Shown here: positions 1-8,468 of the stretch, one piece after another
Layout: every line of letters starts with the position of its first letter
Numbering within the stretch: position 1 is the stretch's first letter
Assembly (NCBI GenBank): GCA_035760685.1
Contig: DASTSM010000098.1
Location: 1-41,778 of the forward strand
DNA from: Gammaproteobacteria bacterium
GTDB lineage: Bacteria > Pseudomonadota > Gammaproteobacteria > Steroidobacterales > Rariloculaceae
Direction: 5' to 3'
DNA length: 41,778 nucleotides
The notes under the pieces: model-generated
The model's input: only the letters and a program-made list of their open reading frames with translations
Told to the model about the DNA's origin: nothing
The model's database searches: none
Program-made: the position numbers and the translations under genes

Positions 1-959
1 CGAACGGCTCGTGCGAGCTCCGCGGGCGAGAGACGCTCGAGCGCTTGATAGTACGAAATGGTATCGATCGTTCGAGCGGGACCGTAGTAGCTCAGATACC
101 GGCTGTCGGGACCGGCATACACGTCGACGAGCGCATCGAGAAGGCGGCGGCGCTCGGCCGCCGGATCACGCGCCGCTATCGCGGCTCTAACGTCGATACC
201 GAGCCGGTCGTCTCGACGGAAGGTGTCCTTGAGTCCGCGGATCGCGCGCGCCAATCCCCCGCGTGCGTGCATCTCGTGCCGCAGCGACTCGAACGCAGCG
301 CCGAGATTCGGGCGTGCCGACTTCGCGAGATCGATGAGATCGTCGAGCGCCGGCTGAGCGATTCCGTGGAGCACGGCGACCGGAAGCGTCGGCGTATTGC
401 CGCCCGCCCGCCCGAACGCCCAGAACTGACCGACTCTAATCGGCACGACGGGCAGCGTGAAGGGCCCTGTCGCGAGAGCCGCGCGATCGAGCGGCTCGAT
501 CGGCGGCACCCGGTGCTCGACGACCGCGCTGCCGCTGCCGCCCGCCCTCGCGAGATCCACGGTCTCGCTTTGCACGCGCTCGAGAAGAACAACGTTGCCT
601 GCCGTTTCTATTGCTGTCGCGAGCCTTTGGTCGCCGTCGGGCTCGCGGGGCACGTCGAACATGACGTCGAAGGCGATGACGGCGGCGCCCGCTGCGGAGA
701 GCCGGTCGATCAGATCCGCGTGCAAGGCGCGGGGCCATCGGTCCAGGTGGCTCGTGAGGCCCAGCTCGTCGGCCGACTCGCCGTCGATGCTGACGACCGC
801 GACGTCTTTCGGCGGCGGGACGGGGCCTCGAACCGCAAAAAGCCAGGCGAGGCCCGCGTGCTCTTCGAGGCTCAGCACGCTCGGCAACATGCTGAGCACG
901 ACGCCGAGGGCTCCGACGCCGAGACCGAGCACGACGACCCGCCGTAACCGTCCATTCAT
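1..959 (-). CDS. CHASE2 extracytoplasmic sensor domain protein (N-terminal ~319 aa; 3' end lies outside the window)
   Basis: The minus-strand frame is open from the ATG at 959-957 to the window edge. It is absent from the ORF track because no stop falls inside the window. My translation reads MNGRLRRVVVLGLGVGALGVVLSMLPSVLSLEEHAGLAWLFAVRGPVPPPKDVAVVSIDGESADELGL..DRWPRALHADLIDRLSAAGAAVIAFDVMFDVPREPDGDQRLATAIETAGNVVLLE...TIDTISYYQALE. An N-terminal TM helix followed by this conserved pattern is typical of CHASE2 domains. The output domain is not visible. Confidence 0.75.
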   Translation of the reverse strand, partial: MNGRLRRVVVLGLGVGALGVVLSMLPSVLSLEEHAGLAWLFAVRGPVPPPKDVAVVSIDGESADELGLTSHLDRWPRALHADLIDRLSAAGAAVIAFDVMFDVPREPDGDQRLATAIETAGNVVLLERVQSETVDLARAGGSGSAVVEHRVPPIEPLDRAALATGPFTLPVVPIRVGQFWAFGRAGGNTPTLPVAVLHGIAQPALDDLIDLAKSARPNLGAAFESLRHEMHARGGLARAIRGLKDTFRRDDRLGIDVRAAIAARDPAAERRRLLDALVDVYAGPDSRYLSYYGPARTIDTISYYQALERLSPAELARAV

Positions 960-1154
960 GCGTGCCGCACTGTACGCACTCGTTTTTGTAGCCGTTCTAA
1001 CTGGCACGATGCGCGGCTTCGCTTGACTCCTGGACCCGCACCCTTAGACTGAGCGCAAAGCTTGGGGGAAACTCGACGGTACATCCTGTTCGACGAAAGC
1101 GGTTACGCCGGTCGACCGGACATCCGAGCCGGCGAAAAAAGCAATGACGCATTG

Positions 1155-4100
1155 ATGTGCCCCCCATCGCCGAAGATCGCCGGGCCGGGATTCGGATCTT
1201 CGGAGCCGTTCCAGACCCGCGAGCGTACCTCAGTCGCCCGCCTCGGTGCAGCGGTCGTCACGCTTGCGCTTCTTCTCGCCTGCACGGGCGCTCGGGCCGA
1301 CGAGAAGGCACGGAGCTGCGAGGAGTGGCATGGCGAGTTCGTCGCCGTCGAAGGCACCGTCGAAATCCGCAACGGCGACGCCTGGAAGCCCGTAGCGGCG
1401 GGCGGCATGGTCTGTACCGGCGACTCCGTGCGCGTCGGCAGCTACAGCCGCGCCGCGATCCGGCTGCCGGACAGGACCGTGCTCAGGCTCGATCAGGACA
1501 CGACCCTGACGTTTACCGCGCCGAAAGACGACACGGCGACGTGGATCGACGTCCTCAAAGGCGTCATTCATGTGATCAGCCGGGATCCGCGCGCCCTGAA
1601 GTTCAATACGCCTTACGCAAACGCGGGCCTGGACGGCACCGAGTTCGTCCTCGAGGTCAAGAAGGACCGGACCGACGTGACCGTCATCGAGGGCGAGGTC
1701 AAGCTCAGCAACGATTCGGGGCAGATCGGCGTGCCGAGCGGACAGCGCGGGTCCGCGACGATGACCCAGCAGCTCGAGGCCGTTCCCGTTCAGGAGCCGA
1801 TCAATGCGCTGCGCTGGACGCCTTATTTCGTCTCGATTCTCGGCGACGAGCTTCCGGCGCCCGACGCGGCGCCTCGCGCGGCGGAGTCGTCGTCGGCGGA
1901 GTTCTTCGCGCGCCGGGCCGCGAGCCGGCTCAAAGTGGGTCAAGTCGATTCTGCTCGAGCCGACGTCGCGCAGGCCCTCCGCCTCGATCCCCGCTGCGGC
2001 CGGGCTTTCGCCGTCGATGCGATGATCGCGTTGAGCGAGGCGCGTGTCGCTGACGCCCTCGCGGCCGGGCACAAGGCGGTCGACGCCTCCCCGCGCCTTC
2101 CCGCGCCCGAGCTCGCGCTCTCGTATGCCGCCGAGGCGGGCTTCGATCTCGACCTCGCGCTCGCGAGCGCGACGAAGGCGACGGCGCTCGATGGGGGCAA
2201 TGCGCTCGCCTGGGCTCGCGTGGCCGAGCTCCGCCTCGCGACGGGAGATTTCGCGGGCGCCCGGAAAGCGGCCGAGAAGTCGCTCGATCTACGGTCCCAA
2301 TTCAGCTACGCGCTGGCGGTCCTCGGCTTCGCAGACCTCAGAAGCGCCGGGCCCAAGGCGGCGGAGACCACGTTCAAGAAGGCCATCTCCTCCGAGCCCT
2401 CGGCGCCGCTGCCTCGGCTCGGCCTTGCGCTCGCCCTGATCCGGGACGGCAATCTGCAGCTCGGGAGGGACCAGCTCGAGCTCGCGGTGATGCTGGATCC
2501 GACGAACGCCTCGTCGCGAAGCTACATGGCGAAAACCTACGATGCCGAGCTGCGCGAGACGTTGAGCGCGGCTCAGCTCGACATCGCGAAGCGGCTCAAC
2601 GGAGCCGATCCGACTCCGTGGCTCTACGATGCGTTGCGAAAGCAAAACGACAATCGGCCCATCGAAGCCCTGCGCGACCTCCAAAGCGCGATCGAGCGCA
2701 ACGATAACCACGGCGTCTACCGCTCGAGGCTACTCATGGACGAGGACCTCGCGGCGCGCAGCGCCGGAATCGGGCAAATCCATCGAACGCTCGGGTTCGA
2801 GGAGCTCGCCCTCCTCGAGGGGTGGAAGTCCGCCGCGGCCGATCCGGGCGACTACTCGAGCCATCGTCTGCTCGCCGACGTTTATTCGTACCTGCCCCGG
2901 CACGAGATCGCGCGCGTCGACGAGCTCTATCAGTCCCAGCTGCTGCAGCCGCTCAACTTGACGCCCGTGCGGCCTCAGCTCGGCGAAGCGAGCTCGTTCG
3001 TCCTCGATACCCAAGGGCCGAGCAAGCTCGCATTCGACGAGTTTCACGCGCTGCTGGCGGAGAACGGCCCGTCGTTCCAGGGCTCAGCAGTCGTCGGCGC
3101 ACACGACACGAGAGGCATCGACGTCGCCGTCGGGGCGCTCGAGGACAAGATGTCCTACAGCCTCGGCTGGTTCGACTATTCGACCGACGGCTTTCGAGAG
3201 AACAACGACTTCCACCAGCGGATCGGCAATGCCCTCTTCCAATTCAGGCCCGCGCCGGGGACGGGCGTGCTGACCGAGCTGCGCACGAGCCGGGTCGAGA
3301 GGGGCGACCTCATGCTGCTCTTCGATCCGTCCGCGTACAGCCCCAATCTCCGTTCATTCGAGACTGTGAACAGCGCACGCGTCGGGATCCGGCACGACGT
3401 GTCCGCACACGGAACGTTCCTCGCGAGCGTGATCGGGGAATGGTCCGACTCCGGCCTAACTACCGATGCGCCCTTCGTGGTCGACACTGACCGAACGACG
3501 CTGTCCGTCGACCTGCTGCATCTCTATCGCGCGGATCGTTGGCAGCTTACGAGCGGGGGCCGCTACTCGACGAATCACGACGAGCAGGCGGCCACCACAT
3601 CGGTTCCGGGGCTACCGGAAACGCACGTCGAGGCACGCTCGGAAATCAAGCACTGGAACGGCTTCCTCTACGCGACCCTCTCGCTGACCCCGACGCTCTC
3701 CGCGACCTTCGGCGGCAGCTTCGACGATCTCGACGACCCGCTGTTATCGAAGAGCGGATTCAATCCGAAGCTGGGCTTCATGTGGCAACCGAGCGGCGCG
3801 ACGTCGGTTCGAGTCGTCGCGTTCCAGACGCTCCAGGGCCCGCTGCTGTCGAAACAAAACGCACCGCCGTCGCTCGAGCCGACGCACGTCGTCGGTTTCA
3901 ATCAGCGGTTCTTCGGCACGGAGGGCGAGAAGGCGCGACGATACGGCGCCGCGGTGGACCACCGGTTCTCGAGCGATCTGTACACGGGGGGCGAGGTCTC
4001 CCTGCGGAAGCTCAGCGAGCCGCTCACGGTCCCGGGACTCGCCCCGTTCACGTTTCTGGCGGACGTCCGAGACAGCTCCGCTCGCGCCTATGCCTATTGG

Positions 4101-4514
4101 ACGCCCTCGACGAAGCTCGCGGTCAGCGGCAGATTCGAGTACGAGCACGTCGACAGCGGCGGCGTCGCGCTCCCCGACGGGTTCACCGACGTGGAGACGC
4201 GCCGCTTGCCGCTCTCGGCCCGCTACTTCCATCCGAGCGGCTTCAGCGCCGGTGCGACGGCGACCTGGATCAGCCAATCGGGAGATTTCGCGCCGATGTT
4301 CGTCGGACCGAATTTGCCCATCGAGCACGGCGAAGACCGGTTCTGGACGCTCGATCTTTCGCTCGGCTACCGCCTGCCGAACCGCCGCGGGATCGTATCG
4401 CTGGACGTGAGCAACGTCCTGGACCAGGACTTCCGATTCCAGGACATCGACCCCGAAAACCCCCGGATTTTGCCCGAGCGGACCGTTCTGCTCAGGGCGT
4501 CGCTGTCCTATTAA
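1155..4514 (+). CDS. Secreted FecR-domain / TPR-repeat / C-terminal beta-barrel-like protein (~1,119 aa)
   Basis: This is the long ORF 1062..4514. I prefer the ATG at 1155, the last in-frame start before the signal-like segment VARLGAAVVTLALLLACTGARA. A FecR-like segment is present (GDSVRVGSYSRAAIRLPDRTVLRLDQDTTLTF...GLDGTEFVLEV). An Ala/Leu-rich TPR-like region follows (ALRLDP.., AVMLDPTN..). The C-terminal ~500 aa show alternating-hydrophobic strands and end LLRASLSY, a terminal aromatic as in OMP barrels. The start codon is uncertain. Confidence 0.8.
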   Translation: MCPPSPKIAGPGFGSSEPFQTRERTSVARLGAAVVTLALLLACTGARADEKARSCEEWHGEFVAVEGTVEIRNGDAWKPVAAGGMVCTGDSVRVGSYSRAAIRLPDRTVLRLDQDTTLTFTAPKDDTATWIDVLKGVIHVISRDPRALKFNTPYANAGLDGTEFVLEVKKDRTDVTVIEGEVKLSNDSGQIGVPSGQRGSATMTQQLEAVPVQEPINALRWTPYFVSILGDELPAPDAAPRAAESSSAEFFARRAASRLKVGQVDSARADVAQALRLDPRCGRAFAVDAMIALSEARVADALAAGHKAVDASPRLPAPELALSYAAEAGFDLDLALASATKATALDGGNALAWARVAELRLATGDFAGARKAAEKSLDLRSQFSYALAVLGFADLRSAGPKAAETTFKKAISSEPSAPLPRLGLALALIRDGNLQLGRDQLELAVMLDPTNASSRSYMAKTYDAELRETLSAAQLDIAKRLNGADPTPWLYDALRKQNDNRPIEALRDLQSAIERNDNHGVYRSRLLMDEDLAARSAGIGQIHRTLGFEELALLEGWKSAAADPGDYSSHRLLADVYSYLPRHEIARVDELYQSQLLQPLNLTPVRPQLGEASSFVLDTQGPSKLAFDEFHALLAENGPSFQGSAVVGAHDTRGIDVAVGALEDKMSYSLGWFDYSTDGFRENNDFHQRIGNALFQFRPAPGTGVLTELRTSRVERGDLMLLFDPSAYSPNLRSFETVNSARVGIRHDVSAHGTFLASVIGEWSDSGLTTDAPFVVDTDRTTLSVDLLHLYRADRWQLTSGGRYSTNHDEQAATTSVPGLPETHVEARSEIKHWNGFLYATLSLTPTLSATFGGSFDDLDDPLLSKSGFNPKLGFMWQPSGATSVRVVAFQTLQGPLLSKQNAPPSLEPTHVVGFNQRFFGTEGEKARRYGAAVDHRFSSDLYTGGEVSLRKLSEPLTVPGLAPFTFLADVRDSSARAYAYWTPSTKLAVSGRFEYEHVDSGGVALPDGFTDVETRRLPLSARYFHPSGFSAGATATWISQSGDFAPMFVGPNLPIEHGEDRFWTLDLSLGYRLPNRRGIVSLDVSNVLDQDFRFQDIDPENPRILPERTVLLRASLSY

Positions 4515-4688
4515 GGCTATGACAGGGCATTTTGCAGTGGCACGTTTCCCAGGAACCCGGTTAAAGTCTTGGCGTCGCGAGTTTCGGCTTCGGTACCCTA
4601 TCTATATACGAGCCGAATGTTGTAAGCGTAAAATTCTCTGGCTGGAAGCATAAGAGCAAGCAGCAAAACACAATGAGGGAAAGACTTC

Positions 4689-5153
4689 ATGTCGGCACAG
4701 GCACAATTCGGAAATCAGCCCGGTGAGATCGCAGCCCTGCTGCACGAACGGTTCTCCCGCCTCTCGCGCCAGTTGAGGCACATGGAGCTTCCGGCCGGCA
4801 TGACCCCGGAGCGCCTCAGCACACTCTCCGTCATCGACAAGAGCGGACCGATCTCGGTCACCGCGCTCGCGGATCGGGAGATGGTGCGGCCCGCGACGAT
4901 GTCGCGGATGGTCTCCGCGCTCGTCGACGACGGGCTCGTTCGGCGTCGGGAAGACAAATCCGACGGCCGCGGCGTTCTCGTCAGCGTGACGGCCAAGGGG
5001 AGACGCATGTACCGGCGCGCGCACCAGCAACGGTTGGAGCAGCTTGCCGAAGCCCTCAACGGCCTCAGCAAAGAGCAGCTCGCGTCGATGAAAAACCTCG
5101 CCGCCGTTCTGGAGCATCTCACTTCCCTCCTCGACAATCCTCAGGCGACTTGA
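4689..5153 (+). CDS. MarR-family transcriptional regulator
   Basis: 154 aa. It carries a winged-helix MarR pattern: LTPERLSTLSVIDKSGPISVTALADREMVRPATMSRMVSALVDDGLVRRREDKSDGRGVLVSVTAKGR. It is preceded by an AT-rich intergenic region. Confidence 0.9.
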   Translation: MSAQAQFGNQPGEIAALLHERFSRLSRQLRHMELPAGMTPERLSTLSVIDKSGPISVTALADREMVRPATMSRMVSALVDDGLVRRREDKSDGRGVLVSVTAKGRRMYRRAHQQRLEQLAEALNGLSKEQLASMKNLAAVLEHLTSLLDNPQAT

Positions 5154-5420
5154 AGGGCCCTCCCTAGAATCGCGGGCCTCGCCGAGGCTCGCGGAAAAAG
5201 CGCGGCTGACGACGGAAACGTGAGCCGCGCACGGCCTGCCGCTGAGCCGCGCACCGGCTGTCGCCGAAACAAGACACGTCGTGGCGCGGCTCTGCCGGTC
5301 CGCGCGGCTTCGAGGCGCCAGCGGCCCCCGCGCCGACTTCGGTTGCTCGATTCGGAGAAACCCTTCACATGCTTCTTCGCTCGCGACCGGTACACTGCGT
5401 TCGCCTTCGGAGGGACCGGC

Positions 5421-6479
5421 GTGAAGAAGCCCGCAGACACTTCAGTGCTGAGCAGGACGATCGCAAGCACGGCGACGATGAAGCTCGCTCACTTGCCGAT
5501 GCTCGACCTGCTCTACACCCCGATCGAGGAGCGTTTCGAGCGCATCACTCGATTGGCGCGGCGCGCGCTCGGATTCCCCGTCGCCGCGATTACGCTGCTG
5601 AGCTCCGAAAAGCAGTGGTTCAAATCCGTTTCCGGGTGGTCCATCAGCGAGCTGCCGCGCGATCGCTGCCTGTGTAACCTCACGCTCGAAGCGAACGATC
5701 TCGTCGCGATTCCCGATACGCTGGAAGATTCGCGGACCGCCTCGCACCCCCTCGTGACCTCGGGACCGAAATTCAGAGCCTACGTCGGATTCCCTCTGAC
5801 CGACGGCGAAGAGCTCGTGGCCGGGACGCTCTGCGTGTTCGACGTCAAGCCGAGACCGCTCTCGAGCGGCGATCGCCAGACTCTGCTCGACCTCGCGGCC
5901 ATCGCGCAAAGCGAGATCGCGAGAGACCGTTTGCGCAGCGCGCACGCATCCTTGACGTCGAAGCTCGGAGTCGCCCGGCGCGAGGCCATGATGGACCCGC
6001 TCACGCGCCTCTGGAATCGGCGCGGCGCCATGTTGCTGCTCGAGTCCGCCTTCGAGGACGCCGATCGAAGCTCGAAGCCGTTGACGATCGCTCTCGTCGA
6101 CCTCGACGGCTTCAAGCAAGTCAACGATACGATGGGCCATCAGACGGGCGACGAGGTCCTGCGCAAGGTCGCGGGGCGCCTCGTGAGCAGCGTGCGCGGC
6201 CACGACGTCGCTTGCCGAATCGGAGGGGACGAGTTCTTGCTGCTCATCATCGACTCCGATATTGAGTCCGGGCGCGCAATCACCGAGCGCGTCCTCGGCT
6301 CCATCACGAGCTCTCCTATCCCTACTCGCGACCGCTCGATCGACATGACCGCGAGCGTCGGATTCACGGTCCGGAAGCCGCGCGAGCGAGCCTCGATCGA
6401 CGAGCTCCTCGAGCGCGCCGACCGCGCCCTCAGGCAATCCAAGGATCAAGGCCGCAACCGCGTCCGCATGGCGAGCTAG
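5421..6479 (+). CDS. GAF-domain diguanylate cyclase (GGDEF) with I-site
   Basis: This is ORF 5220..6479, but its first ~67 codons are Arg/Pro-rich and look non-coding. The GTG at 5421 follows GGAGGGA (5409-5415) with a 5-nt spacer. An alternative ATG lies at 5478. A GAF-like region is present (ERFERITRLARRALGFPVAAITLL...AYVGFPL...GTLCVFD). The GGDEF domain has DPLTRLWNRRG, VDLDGFKQVNDTMGHQTGD and RGHDVACRIGGDEF, i.e. RxxD five residues before GGDEF. Confidence 0.88.
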   Translation: MKKPADTSVLSRTIASTATMKLAHLPMLDLLYTPIEERFERITRLARRALGFPVAAITLLSSEKQWFKSVSGWSISELPRDRCLCNLTLEANDLVAIPDTLEDSRTASHPLVTSGPKFRAYVGFPLTDGEELVAGTLCVFDVKPRPLSSGDRQTLLDLAAIAQSEIARDRLRSAHASLTSKLGVARREAMMDPLTRLWNRRGAMLLLESAFEDADRSSKPLTIALVDLDGFKQVNDTMGHQTGDEVLRKVAGRLVSSVRGHDVACRIGGDEFLLLIIDSDIESGRAITERVLGSITSSPIPTRDRSIDMTASVGFTVRKPRERASIDELLERADRALRQSKDQGRNRVRMAS

Positions 6480-6767
6480 ACGCTCGCATCGCGGCCCCTC
6501 CCCGGCTCTTCGCTTTGTTCCGGCGGCAGCAACTCGACGGGCGAGCCGCCGCGCGGCGAATTGCGCGCGCGGGAAGTTTCATGCGATAAATGCCCGGCCC
6601 TCGCCTCGACAAGACTGAGTCCAAGGAGGTGCACCGCGAGCGCTCGCAGGCGCGTGCCGCGCGCGGCCGCTCGCCGAGCGCCGGGTCCGGATCCGGCGGC
6701 TCGGAGGCGAACTCCCCTTCGGTCCGGTTGTCGTAGATCCTGGCGGCGCGGGTCTGTTGTAGGAGAA

Positions 6768-7724
6768 ATGCAAATGATAAGTGTTTTGCACTATGCGGCC
6801 CGCCGACCGGCGATCCTGGCCGGCCTAGCGGCCCTCGTATGTGCCGCCGCTCCGAGCGCCAGGGCGCAAGACGATCTTCTCCCGAAAGGCGATGCCGTGG
6901 TCCAGCCCTCGCCCGAGAAGCAAAAAATGGTCGACCTCGGCGTCCAGTACAAGACGGCGGAGGGCCTCTACGACCACTTCAAGGAGCAGGCGCACGGCGG
7001 ACAGCCGTTGACCTGGCAGAAGGTGCCGGACTGGACCGGATTGTGGACGCGCGAGGCGAGCGTGTTCTTCTTCGACCCCGATCAAGCGCCGGGAACGAAC
7101 CCGACGGCCAAGCTCACGCCCGAATACGAAAAGATGTTCAAGGCGAAGATCGACCGGGTACGCCATGGCATCGAGTACGATCCCCTCAGCATGTGCAACC
7201 CGGCCGGTATGCCGCGCTGGCTCGTCGAGCCGTTCCTTCGGGAATTCGTCGTGACGCCGGCGCAGACTTATCTGATCACCGAGCAGATGAACGAGGTCCG
7301 GCGCATCTACACCGACGGCCGCGCGCATCCCTCCAAGGAGGACGCGTATCCGCTCTGGGAGGGCGACTCCATCGGTTTCTGGGACGGCGATGAGCTCGTC
7401 ATCTGGACGAGCCAGATGCGGGCCGGCCAGTACCAGCGCATTCAGCCGGAATACAGCGAGCAGGTCGAGGTCGTCGAGCGGTGGCGCAAGACCGACGACC
7501 GCTCGATCACGGCCGACGTCTGGATCTACGATCCGCCGGCCCTCGTCGAGCCCTGGTACACTAAGCAGGTGTACAAGAAAGTCGATGACCAGAACAAGAG
7601 CTTGAGGATTCGTTACTGGGACTGCAACGAGAATCAGAACAATACGGTCGTCCCGAACGCCGAAGGCACCTCGGATTTCAAGGACTTCACGTTCACGAAA
7701 AAGGACGACGACAAGCAGGAATGA
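6768..7724 (+). CDS. Secreted hypothetical protein, homologous to the C-terminal half of the fused protein at 20812..21816
   Basis: The ATG at 6768 (or 6774) follows AGGAGA at 6761-6766. The ORF-track start at 6561 gives an Arg-rich non-coding-like extension. The signal peptide is MQMISVLHYAARRPAILAGLAALVCAAAPSARA|QDD. Motifs shared with 20812..21816 include C-x-P..P, R..Y.DGR.HP, G.SIG.W.G..LVI.T and a C-terminal Cys. Confidence 0.8.
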   Translation: MQMISVLHYAARRPAILAGLAALVCAAAPSARAQDDLLPKGDAVVQPSPEKQKMVDLGVQYKTAEGLYDHFKEQAHGGQPLTWQKVPDWTGLWTREASVFFFDPDQAPGTNPTAKLTPEYEKMFKAKIDRVRHGIEYDPLSMCNPAGMPRWLVEPFLREFVVTPAQTYLITEQMNEVRRIYTDGRAHPSKEDAYPLWEGDSIGFWDGDELVIWTSQMRAGQYQRIQPEYSEQVEVVERWRKTDDRSITADVWIYDPPALVEPWYTKQVYKKVDDQNKSLRIRYWDCNENQNNTVVPNAEGTSDFKDFTFTKKDDDKQE

Positions 7725-7740
7725 CGACAAGCAGGAATGA
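7709..7740. repeat. Perfect 16-bp tandem duplication (CGACAAGCAGGAATGA x2) spanning the stop codon of the 6768..7724 gene
   Basis: Positions 7709-7724 and 7725-7740 are identical. The first copy contains the TGA stop at 7722-7724. Confidence 0.9.
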
Positions 7741-7764
7741 GGCTTGGACCGTAAGGAGAGTGAC

Positions 7765-8151
7765 ATGAGAAAACTGCTCGCAGCGGCGCTCGGAAGCACG
7801 GTGATGCTGTCCACCGCCGGTTTCGCCCACCATTCGTCCGTGATGTTCGACGACCAGAAGGAAGTCACGCTTCACGGCACCGTCAAGGAATTCCAGTACA
7901 CGAACCCGCATTCCTGGCTGCTCGTCGACGTGAAGGGCGACGACGGCACGGTGACGACATGGGGCTTCGAGGCCGAGGGCCCGAGCACGCTGATGCGCGC
8001 GGGCATTCATCGGGGCGATCTGGCGCCGGGCACGGCCCTCACGATCACCGGACATCCGATGAGGGACGGCCGGCCCGCCGCGCAGTGGATCAAGGCGACG
8101 CTCGACAGCGGCAAGGTCCTCGACCCGCGCGCCGGCTTCCAAGTCAAGTAA
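7765..8151 (+). CDS. DUF6152-like small secreted protein (mature N-terminus predicted HHSS...)
   Basis: The ATG at 7765 follows AAGGAGAG (7753-7760). The signal peptide is MRKLLAAALGSTVMLSTAGFA|HHSSVMFD. It shares HHS..MFD..KE.T..G.V......NPH and PGD..T with the N-terminal half of the 20812..21816 protein. The family name is assigned from memory of the HHS..MFD / NPH pattern. Confidence 0.8.
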   Translation: MRKLLAAALGSTVMLSTAGFAHHSSVMFDDQKEVTLHGTVKEFQYTNPHSWLLVDVKGDDGTVTTWGFEAEGPSTLMRAGIHRGDLAPGTALTITGHPMRDGRPAAQWIKATLDSGKVLDPRAGFQVK

Positions 8152-8190
8152 GCCGCGACTCGGTCAGAGAGCCTGCATTCCTCAGTCTGA

Positions 8191-8228
8191 GCGGCTTCGA
8201 CCCGCAAGGGTCGAAGCCGCTTTTTTTT
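8191..8228 (+). terminator. Rho-independent terminator after the DUF6152-like gene
   Basis: GCGGCTTCGACCC-GCAA-GGGTCGAAGCCGC forms a perfect 13-bp stem with a GCAA loop (8191-8220). It is followed by TTTTTTTT at 8221-8228. Confidence 0.85.
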
Positions 8229-8468
8229 CCGCGGCTGCGCAACGCCTCGCCGCTCGGGAAAGTTCTTTTCTCGGGAACGAATCGACCGACCGCTCGCGTC
8301 CGCATGTTGCTTTTTGCCCATCCGAGCGACGCCGCCCGGCTTAGATAAACCTTTTGGCGGCGCGAGACGCTGTATGATACTTTCCCAGCGCCACGGATTG
8401 GCGATGTTGCTATACGGCAACAACGCCCTGGATGGGGTCCGAGAAACTCGACCACAAGGGGAATCGAA

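Noticed and set aside
45-947. 300-aa plus-strand ORF at the left edge
   Set aside because: It lies antisense to the CHASE2 reading frame, which has a convincing domain pattern. Its product is Arg/Ala-rich with no recognisable motif, typical of a shadow ORF in high-GC DNA.
4538-4553. TGGCAC that looked like a sigma54 -24 element upstream of the MarR gene
   Set aside because: The -12 element is missing. TGGCAC-GTTTC is followed by CCAGG rather than TTGCW, so there is no supportable sigma54 promoter.
5220-5420. N-terminal 67 codons of the track ORF for the GAF-GGDEF gene
   Set aside because: The peptide is Arg/Pro/Ala-rich (MSRARPAAEPRTGCRRNKTRRG..) with no domain. A much better start, GTG at 5421 with a GGAGGGA Shine-Dalgarno sequence, lies downstream.
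6629-6736. 35-codon ORF starting at a GTG right after AAGGAGG in the 288-bp intergenic region
   Set aside because: The Shine-Dalgarno-like sequence abuts the GTG with no spacer. The peptide (VHRERSQARAARGRSPSAGSGSGG..) has non-coding-like composition.
8229-8468. Possible riboswitch (cobalamin, TPP or c-di-GMP) in the 317-bp region upstream of the TonB-dependent receptor
   Set aside because: I could not find the conserved cores (B12 box, TPP CUGAGA context, GEMM motifs) by eye. Only a covariance-model scan could settle this.
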